A DNA stretch of 16,685 nucleotides, from the NCBI GenBank assembly GCA_030587475.2, contig JAUQYZ020000220.1, positions 1 through 16,685 on the forward strand. The letters are read 5' to 3'. Position 1 is the first letter of the stretch; each line of letters begins with the position of its first letter. Both the position numbers and the translations under genes were made by a program. The notes under the pieces were generated by a model. That model was not told where the DNA came from, searched no databases, and worked only from the letters and a program-made list of their open reading frames with translations. Source of the stretch: Candidatus Sigynarchaeum calidifontis. Its GTDB lineage: Archaea; Asgardarchaeota; Lokiarchaeia; Sigyniarchaeales; Sigyniarchaeaceae. Positions 7,390 through 14,045 of the stretch are shown in pieces.

Positions 7390-7644
7390 GTGAATCGACC
7401 ACCATAAATGTTCTTATGCCGTATTATGGATGGATAGGTTAGCCCGTAACCATAAAAAGATGTCCAGGAATGTTTTAAGCGAGAGAATTGATATAATAGT
7501 GGCAATAAGAGAAGTGCCTCTTTGGGGAAAAGTGTGGGCCGGTTGGATTTGGCTCACGACGCGGGATGCACGAATGGTCATGGTGAAGTATTCTACCGAA
7601 GCGACCGCTTATCATTACATATAGTATTCTTTATTACCCGCTAT

Positions 7645-7694
7645 GCTCGATCTTAGCTCGATCCATAGCTATAGAATGCTCGATTCATAGTTAT
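7645..7694 (+). repeat. Three phased GCTCGAT direct repeats (putative operator)
   Basis: GCTCGAT at 7645, 7656 and 7678 (spacing 11 and 22). Copies 2 and 3 extend to GCTCGATccATAGcTAT / GCTCGATtcATAGtTAT. Confidence 0.6.
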
Positions 7695-7728
7695 GAAGAT
7701 AGAAAACAAGGTAACGTGAGGGAAAAAA

Positions 7729-7908
7729 ATGCTTGGAGAATCTGAACTGACGATAGAAAAGGGAGTCGTGAAGTTCATGCGGAAACCCGCGAAGATGGGC
7801 GATGATTACATCTTTTGGATTCCGCGGGTCTATATTAAGAACGGGCTCGTCGATCCTAGCGTGGAATACGACGTTTACTTGCGAAAACGCCCGAAAAAAC
7901 AAGAATGA
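7729..7908 (+). CDS. 59-aa small basic protein, AbrB/MazE-like swapped-hairpin DNA-binding candidate (not in ORF track)
   Basis: MLGESELTIEKGVVKFMRKPAKMGDDYIFWIPRVYIKNGLVDPSVEYDVYLRKRPKKQE. The K-M-G-x-x-Y-x-F-x-I-P + short helix + beta strand pattern resembles the AbrB fold. GC-richer than its flanks; GTGAGG upstream; T-tracts downstream. Confidence 0.8.
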   Translation: MLGESELTIEKGVVKFMRKPAKMGDDYIFWIPRVYIKNGLVDPSVEYDVYLRKRPKKQE

Positions 7909-8469
7909 ACGATTGACGAAAATTATTATATAGTAGTGGCTTAATGCGAGTATTATGCTCGGGATATTATAATTTTTTCATCTATTTTTTGTCATTCAAG
8001 CACGACCCTTGAAAAAATTCGGTGGCCATACTTGTAGGTTACCATGGTTCACGTTTATAAGCACTGCGGCTCATTCTACGATTATAAGGCCTTTTCTGAC
8101 TATCCATCAAATCTTTGTAAAAATTCAAGAATTGACAAGGGGGATTTCCGTTTGTCCGAAGCAGTTTTTTCCATTGATTAACCATCTTTTAAAAGATTTT
8201 TATTTTGAAGTAAACAAAATAAAACGATCAGGTCGTCATAGAGATTCAATCAGGATGGCCGGCATAATGAGATCGACTCCGTGCATTCTTATAAAGGGAA
8301 GGGATATGGCTTGAGCAATAGGCGCGCGGCGGGCAAAAAGTGGCTTATCGAAATGAATAATTAATCTTTTATACGTGGAATTCTAACTACCAAAATAGAG
8401 GTCAGAGTGACGCTTTAAGGAACTTGGTTTACGTTGACTCTATAGGTTAATTTTGAACAATAAAAGTAA

Positions 8470-8557
8470 TTGCGAAAACCACGAAATTTAAGTAAAGGAT
8501 TGAGATATTCGCAAAAGTGTACACAAAATCTTGCGAAACCAAACGTTTTTAAGTGAA
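8470..8557 (+). promoter_or_regulatory. Tandem promoter-like units with TTGCGAA boxes
   Basis: TTGCGAAAACCACGAAATTTAAGT (8470-8493) and TTGCGAAACCAAACGTTTTTAAGT (8531-8554), 61 nt apart. Inverted copy TTCGCAA at 8508-8514; GTGTACAC palindrome at 8517-8524. Confidence 0.6.
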
Positions 8558-8579
8558 TTTCACCAATACAACAACAGAA

Positions 8580-8837
8580 AAATGAATTCGGAATGGGTGT
8601 TCAAGATCGAATAATAGATATCGGTGACCCCTAAAGGACGAATAAACCTCGAGACGGGCGCCCGCACGGCGTTCGATCGACTACATAACCCGGAAAACAA
8701 AAAACCATGGGTAGAACACTTGATTCGTCAGGTGTCCTACTTCTTTTATAGCGAAGCCTCATGGCTGCGCCTCGTGCAACGCTGTAAGGCCTTTTATCGC
8801 TATATCGCCCTCCCCTCTCCCCTCTTTTATTTTTTTT
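8580..8837 (+). ncRNA. Candidate structured non-coding RNA (~250 nt, five hairpins), family unrecognised
   Basis: GC-richer island between a TATA (8546-8553) and a T-tract (8825-8837). Hairpins at 8586-8643, 8649-8680, 8688-8712, 8711-8740 and 8747-8804. Several G-U pairs form only on the + strand. Confidence 0.55.
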
Positions 8838-8988
8838 CCTGGCGGCTTGTGTTCTACCCTTTCTCCCCTTTCTCAACGATTTCTCGTGCATAGGCTGTTT
8901 TTTGATCCAGCGCCAGCTTCGAGAACGTAAGAATTACGTTGAGAGGGCAAATCAAGGGAAAGATATGGAAAAAAAGGAGAGAATGATT

Positions 8989-9306
8989 TTACCCGAACTT
9001 GTCCCAGAACGCTGCGATTAAAATTGGGATACCGCCCCAATTGCCACCCGGAATGAGGATCACGAGGCCGACGATCAGCATTGGGATGAACTCGGTCGGG
9101 ATCTTGAAGAAAAACTTCGGCACGACGTTTAATGTACACAAGATAGCGAGCGCAAGGAGAACGACGATCACGGCCATGATGAGACCACCAATCCAACCCC
9201 AGCCCCATCCGCCTGTCCACCAGAAGATGTTTATGATAGCGAGGATAAGGCTCACGATCGCGCCGATCTTGTAAAGTAACTCGATAGTAGCCTTATTTTT
9301 TGCCAT
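8989..9306 (-). CDS. Small membrane protein (~4 TM, Gly/Trp-rich loop), 105 aa
   Basis: Hydrophobic segments LLYKIGAIVSLILAIINIFWW, IGGLIMAVIVVLLALAILCTL, FIPMLIVGLVILI, WGGIPILIAAFW. Pyrimidine-rich terminator-like tract follows on the minus strand. Confidence 0.85.
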   Translation of the reverse strand: MAKNKATIELLYKIGAIVSLILAIINIFWWTGGWGWGWIGGLIMAVIVVLLALAILCTLNVVPKFFFKIPTEFIPMLIVGLVILIPGGNWGGIPILIAAFWDKFG

Positions 9307-9485
9307 GTATGTCACTGTTGATTGTGTTCAATCGGGATTGTATTTCCGACACGACCACTTGCAGCTATCCCCCTCTTATTGCGGAGATGTTCGTATAAGT
9401 ATCGTCATCTGGCTAGTTTTCATCGCTATAGCTCACCGAAACTGCAGCTGTACCTTTTTTTAAGTTTCCAGGGGAACATGTGTTC

Positions 9486-10661
9486 ATGGCCCCACCATCC
9501 CCGGATCCGTACCGGGCCCTCCAACAGCACCTGGATACCATGCCGGTGCGGTTTCCCAAGACGAGATCCGGCGTGGAAATCGAGATCTTGAAACACTTGT
9601 TTGATGCCGACGAAGCCAGGCTTGCTTTACACCTGGATCACGTGCCACGATCCGCTGCGGAGATCATCGATCGGATGAAAGCAACGGGGGCCGTCGAAGG
9701 CGTTCAACCCACTGCTGCCGAATTGGACGAGCGGCTCGCGCGGCTCGCGTCGAAAGGCGGGCTTTTCGCGGCGAGGCGCGGTGGCGTGGTCAAGTATTCC
9801 CTCCACCCGTTCGTGGCGGGCATGTTCGAGATAGCTTGCGCGAGTCGCATGGCCGAGGGGAAGCTGACGAGGGAGTTTCTCGATACGTGCTCGGCATACA
9901 CGCACAAGCTCTTCGGGATCGAGATGCTATCCATCGACAAGCGGGCATTCAGGACGATCCCGATCGAGGTTAGCCTCACTCCCGAGCACGGCGTCGCGAC
10001 ATACGATCAGATCGAGCGTATCATCGGGGAGAGCACGGCATGCGGCGTGTTGAACTGCATCTGCAAGGTCGACAAGGAAATGCACGGCCACCCGTGCAAC
10101 CGTACCAATCGGCGAGACACGTGCATGGCGTTCAACGACTACGCAGAGTTTGGCATCGAGCATGGCCTTGTCACGAAGAAGACTAAGGAAGAAATGCTCG
10201 AGATTGCACGGCTGAGCCAGAAAGAAGGATTGGTGCTCCAGCCGGAGAACACGGCGCGCCCCAACTTCATCTGCGCTTGCTGTGGCGACTGTTGCGGGTT
10301 CCTCGAGCTGCTCAAGGCCGTGCCACGACCCGTCGACTTCGCGTCGAGCAATTTCCACGCGGCCGTGAATGCAGACGCGTGCAAGGGTTGCGGCACGTGC
10401 GTCAAGCGGTGCCACATGGCGGCCATTGTCGTGAAGAACAAGAAAGCACGGGTTAATCTCGCCCGGTGCATCGGGTGCGGGGTGTGCGTGCCGACTTGCA
10501 AGCCCGGGGCCATCAGCCTCGTGAAGAAGGCGACGGAAATCAAGCCTGCAGAGGACTTTCCCGCGTATCTCGCTCATCTCGATGAGCACAGGCTCAACAA
10601 CATTCAAAAGCTCGGGAAGCTCTTGAAGGCATTCTTGCGCATCCCGCAGCACGATGACTGA
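9486..10661 (+). CDS. Cys-rich iron-sulfur protein with C-terminal 2x[4Fe-4S] ferredoxin domain and N-terminal wHTH-like region, 391 aa
   Basis: CKGCGTCVKRCH and CIGCGVCVPTCK; CICK..HPC..DTC and FICACCGDCCG clusters. TTTTTTAA TATA about 25 nt upstream of ATG 9486. Confidence 0.88.
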   Translation: MAPPSPDPYRALQQHLDTMPVRFPKTRSGVEIEILKHLFDADEARLALHLDHVPRSAAEIIDRMKATGAVEGVQPTAAELDERLARLASKGGLFAARRGGVVKYSLHPFVAGMFEIACASRMAEGKLTREFLDTCSAYTHKLFGIEMLSIDKRAFRTIPIEVSLTPEHGVATYDQIERIIGESTACGVLNCICKVDKEMHGHPCNRTNRRDTCMAFNDYAEFGIEHGLVTKKTKEEMLEIARLSQKEGLVLQPENTARPNFICACCGDCCGFLELLKAVPRPVDFASSNFHAAVNADACKGCGTCVKRCHMAAIVVKNKKARVNLARCIGCGVCVPTCKPGAISLVKKATEIKPAEDFPAYLAHLDEHRLNNIQKLGKLLKAFLRIPQHDD

Positions 10662-10699
10662 CCACGCTATCAGGATTCCTCTTTTTGAGGCCTTGTGCA

Positions 10700-11767
10700 T
10701 CACAGGAAAAAGACTACGGCGATCATCGCAGCGCCGGTCAGCAGCGGGTTGAGGATGTTATCCGACACGTTTTTCGAAAACGCGTCGATCATGAAGAATA
10801 TCACCGCCGCGGCGCAAGCGATGTAGAAAATTTGCAGCAACGGCATGGCCGTGTAATTGAACATTTGGGAGAACACGAGCACGACGCAGAACGCGCTGAC
10901 CGTCCCGGCGACATATCCGGCCTCCGTCTTCTGCGAGCCCTTCGGAAACTTGCGTTTTCCGAACTTGCGGCCGATCAAATTAGCCGCCGCATCTGCGAGC
11001 GAGGAGACGAAGGCGACGCTCACGAACACTTGGATCGGCGCGAACAAGAACGGCGTGAGGGTAAGCACCAGTGCACATGATGACACGAACGTTCTCATCT
11101 CCGACCGCTTTAGCGACGAGAAAAACCATCGCTTCGCCCAGTTGGGTAATTGTGTATAGTCTGTCACGCGCAAGTAGTCCGCGTAGCCGATCATGAACAC
11201 GAAAATGTAGGCAATCGTCGTCTCCCCGAAAACCGCGAATGCCTTCCGCGTGATGCCAGTATCGGCGTATAAAGTCGTGTAATTCTCGACGATGAACGAA
11301 CTGAGCTCGATGACGATGATCACGAGCCCGGGCAGCAAGTGCAGGATCTTTCGCTTCACGTCAACCCCTAGATCATACTCGTATTTTTCGCGATACTTGT
11401 TCAGCATAGCCGCTTCCTCGTCAAGGCGACGCCGCTTCTCCGCGGGGTTTCTCCTGCACCGGAAGTAGTTGAATGTCCCTTGCGCGTACCAGTTCGCACT
11501 AATGGCCACGATAATCAGCGTCGACGCAACGTAGAGCAGCTCGATCCCTTGATCTGATGCACCTGTCGGCTCGTAGATGAATGGCCATAGCACGCCGGAT
11601 GCAAAAAAAAGACCTGCAAGCAATACCTCGTTAAAAAACGTGGAATTGTCCTTGAATTCGAGCACCACGGGATCCGTGGTGCGCCTGATCTTCACCGCGT
11701 GTCGAGCGATGAACGCGCCGTACACGACGAACATAGCGAGCACGGGTATGCACCAGGCATAAAACAT
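10700..11767 (-). CDS. CTP-dependent lipid kinase of the phytol/farnesol/dolichol kinase - Dgk1 family, polytopic membrane protein, 355 aa
   Basis: RKILHLLPG (RKxxH), SLADAAANLIGRKFG, KTEAG and SDNILNPL motifs; extra N-terminal TM segments. Confidence 0.8.
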   Translation of the reverse strand: MFYAWCIPVLAMFVVYGAFIARHAVKIRRTTDPVVLEFKDNSTFFNEVLLAGLFFASGVLWPFIYEPTGASDQGIELLYVASTLIIVAISANWYAQGTFNYFRCRRNPAEKRRRLDEEAAMLNKYREKYEYDLGVDVKRKILHLLPGLVIIVIELSSFIVENYTTLYADTGITRKAFAVFGETTIAYIFVFMIGYADYLRVTDYTQLPNWAKRWFFSSLKRSEMRTFVSSCALVLTLTPFLFAPIQVFVSVAFVSSLADAAANLIGRKFGKRKFPKGSQKTEAGYVAGTVSAFCVVLVFSQMFNYTAMPLLQIFYIACAAAVIFFMIDAFSKNVSDNILNPLLTGAAMIAVVFFL

Positions 11768-11973
11768 AACAATTCACGTCTGGTTTTTATCAATAAGAAC
11801 AAAACACGCGGGCTATTTGAGGCTTCATACTTCACCTCGAGGGAATCGTATGGCGACTCTAATGCAAAAAAAAATGCCCACCAACGTCATAACCAATCAG
11901 CCTCGGGCGAATAACCAACCCTCACCGCGGGAACCTTTATGTAAACCCACTTGTTCTCCAGGAGGAGAGCATC

Positions 11974-12798
11974 ATGCCCGACAAAGAAAAACCCCCGGCT
12001 GGTTCCAATGATTCCCAACCCGGATCAGCCGAGTCAAAGGAAAAGAAAGAGAACCCGTTCATGAAATTCCTCACCAGTGCTGTTCTCAAGCCCGTGGGCA
12101 AGATTTTCGACGAAACTTTGCGAATTGTGGAGAACGCGGGCCTCACCAATCAGATCCAGTACCCGTTCTATTTGTCGCAGGACACGCTCTGGTGGGCTAT
12201 CACCCACAACCTTTTCGGATTCGAGATCTATGGTAGCGACAACGTGCCGCCAGATGGGACCCCAGCGGTCGTTTGTTCGAACCACCAGAGTTTATTCGAC
12301 CCGATCATCTTTTGTGTCACGTTCGCGCATTACACGCGCCGCCGCATTCATGTAATGGCGAAGCAAGAGCTGTTCGACATGCATCTCATCACGGCTTACA
12401 TCCGGTGGTGCTATGCCTTCCCAGTGAAGCGCGGCGAGCACGATGAGGAGGCTTACAAAAAAGCCATGGAGTTTTTGCGCCAGGGCGAGCTCGTTGGCAT
12501 GTATCCAGAAGGCACGACGAACCACGGCGAGTACGGGTTTCTTGATCCCCATACCGGCGCCGCCCGGCTCGCGATCGAGGCGAAAGTTCCCATCCTGCCC
12601 GTCGGCATCTCCGGGACGGATCGTATCCTGCCGAAGGGCGCCCGCATGCCCAACTTCAACCAGAAACTCACGGTCAAGATCGGGGAGCCCATCCACGTGC
12701 ACGAGAAGTTTTATGGCCGTACCGACGTGCCTTACGACGATCTCAAGAAAATAATGATACACGTCATGGACAAGATCAAGGGCCTTTTAGTTTACTGA
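11974..12798 (+). CDS. plsC: 1-acyl-glycerol-3-phosphate / lysophospholipid acyltransferase (PlsC family), 274 aa
   Basis: NHQSLFD (HX4D), MAKQELF, FPVKRG, MYPEGT, VPILPVGI. CTTTATGTAA TATA at ~11935-11944. Confidence 0.9.
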   Translation: MPDKEKPPAGSNDSQPGSAESKEKKENPFMKFLTSAVLKPVGKIFDETLRIVENAGLTNQIQYPFYLSQDTLWWAITHNLFGFEIYGSDNVPPDGTPAVVCSNHQSLFDPIIFCVTFAHYTRRRIHVMAKQELFDMHLITAYIRWCYAFPVKRGEHDEEAYKKAMEFLRQGELVGMYPEGTTNHGEYGFLDPHTGAARLAIEAKVPILPVGISGTDRILPKGARMPNFNQKLTVKIGEPIHVHEKFYGRTDVPYDDLKKIMIHVMDKIKGLLVY

Positions 12799-12845
12799 TC
12801 TTTCCCATCTTTTTTTCCCAATTTCGCAAGAGGTTCGTGGCGAAA

Positions 12846-13325
12846 ATGCCGAAGGGAATATGTCTCACGGGCTGGAAATACACGATCAACGTGCTGGCTA
12901 CCATGCGAACGGCGGATGGCTTTGGATTCAACGATTTCGTGATTACTGGAAAGAACCGACTTGATGAAGAATGGATCAAGAAGATCGCGAAACGAAACCT
13001 CGTGGATCTCGTCGGAGGACTCAAGTTGACGTGTTTACCGGATCTGGAATCGGTTAAAGAATTTATCTCGACACATCACTACGATCCCGTGCTCCTGGAA
13101 TGCAAGGAAGGCGAGGATGTCGACGCGTTTAACTGGCCAGCTAATCCCATCATCATCATCGGTCACGAGGTGACTGGCATCCCCTTGGACAAGTTTCCCG
13201 AAGCGCCTCGCGTTCACGTGACGATGGCCAGGAAGGCACATAGCTTGAACCTGGCTTGCGCAGCGAGCATCGCGATGCACGCTTTTCACTTGTACGAAAC
13301 CAAAGGGGGAGGGAAAAAAGTCTAA
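12846..13325 (+). CDS. SpoU/TrmH-family (SPOUT) RNA 2'-O-methyltransferase, minimal TrmL-like, 159 aa
   Basis: NVLATMRTADGFG, IIIGHEVTGIP and SLNLACAASIAM motifs. GAGGT RBS 11 nt before ATG 12846 (alternative GTG 12837). Confidence 0.88.
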   Translation: MPKGICLTGWKYTINVLATMRTADGFGFNDFVITGKNRLDEEWIKKIAKRNLVDLVGGLKLTCLPDLESVKEFISTHHYDPVLLECKEGEDVDAFNWPANPIIIIGHEVTGIPLDKFPEAPRVHVTMARKAHSLNLACAASIAMHAFHLYETKGGGKKV

Positions 13326-13353
13326 AAAAAGGGGGGACATTGGGGTCGCATTG

Positions 13354-13653
13354 TCACGCCGTTATGAGAGTTAGGCGCTCAAGAACCTCATCGAGCTGGA
13401 AGTCCCCAAGCACGCCGCCGTCCTTGAGGTGAAAATTGCTGAGTTGACGCGCAAGGTCCCGCGCCATTCGCAATTGATTTTCTCGGGTCTTCTCCTCGCG
13501 CATCATGGCAATCGTTCTGGCGATCGCTGGACGTAATCTCCGGTTCGCCGGGTCGTTATCATCGATGGCGTCCATCACGCCGCGGAGATCCCGGATGATC
13601 ATGTTGATGTCATTCCAGTCGGGGACGGGGGCGATTTCCTCTTGCAAGAACAT
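13354..13653 (-). CDS. Hypothetical small helical protein, 99 aa
   Basis: GGTGA RBS 5 nt before ATG 13653; TTTTTATAAG TATA at 13701-13710 on the minus strand; host-like codon usage. Confidence 0.75.
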   Translation of the reverse strand: MFLQEEIAPVPDWNDINMIIRDLRGVMDAIDDNDPANRRLRPAIARTIAMMREEKTRENQLRMARDLARQLSNFHLKDGGVLGDFQLDEVLERLTLITA

Positions 13654-14045
13654 ACATTTCACCAAATGATCGATGTATGACCGCCTTTGGATCGGACTAG
13701 CTTATAAAAAGTGCGAGGTTTCCTCGAACTTCTATGGGATTCATTCTCGAATGTTATGTGAACGATGGTTTTCGATGGTAATTTTGCTCTCATTTCACCT
13801 CTCCGCGCGTGTAAATTTTCGAGAATCCTTAACCACTTAATATTCCTAACTATATTACATGGCCTACATTTTGAATAAACATGCCCGAAAATCACAAGGA
13901 ACCAAAAATAAGGCTTTAGCGCACCGATAATCATCACGAGGGAGATTTGCGCTAGATCACGCATAGCACGAATTGCATGTATAAGATACAAAAACGCTAC
14001 CATCAATGCAACCACATCTTAATCGAATAACGAGGTTAGTGATCC

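Noticed and set aside
7390-7728. Cobalamin riboswitch upstream of the corrinoid gene
   Set aside because: No GGGAA...GCCACUG or B12-box arrangement on the minus strand, and the TATA-like element at 7451-7458 implies a short leader.
8009-8314. 101-aa ORF, and a 45-aa ORF starting at 8044 in another frame
   Set aside because: AT-rich with atypical codon usage and no recognisable motif; likely non-coding.
7910-8580. Canonical archaeal replication origin
   Set aside because: No repeated ORB-like TCCA..GAAAC / G-string elements and no cdc6/orc1 gene in the window.
8590-8634. Fluoride riboswitch (GGAATGGGTGTTC...TGACCCCTA resemblance)
   Set aside because: The P1 stem does not close, the conserved spacing is off, and there is no downstream co-oriented gene.
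8624-8893. 89-aa (+) and 86-aa (-) ORFs over the structured region
   Set aside because: Low-complexity translations running through homopolymer tracts; the sequence is better explained by RNA base-pairing.
8580-8950. RNase P RNA, SRP RNA, retron msr-msd or H/ACA guide
   Set aside because: No GAGGAAAGUCC-type RNase P motif or SRP helix-8 motif on either strand; no reverse transcriptase in the window; only one hairpin is followed by ACA and it lacks a clear pocket or K-turn.
11952-11971. Hairpin TGTTCTCC-agga-GGAGAGCA occluding the plsC RBS (RNA-thermometer-like)
   Set aside because: The TATA at ~11935-11944 predicts a TSS near 11965, so the 5' arm is probably not transcribed.
13659-14015. 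118-aa minus-strand ORF; also a GTGATGA C-box-like motif (13931-13937, minus) and an ATTCTCGAA/TTCGAGAAT inverted repeat (13743-13826)
   Set aside because: The ORF has atypical composition and overlaps promoter regions; no matching D box was found; a lone 9-bp inverted repeat has no other support.
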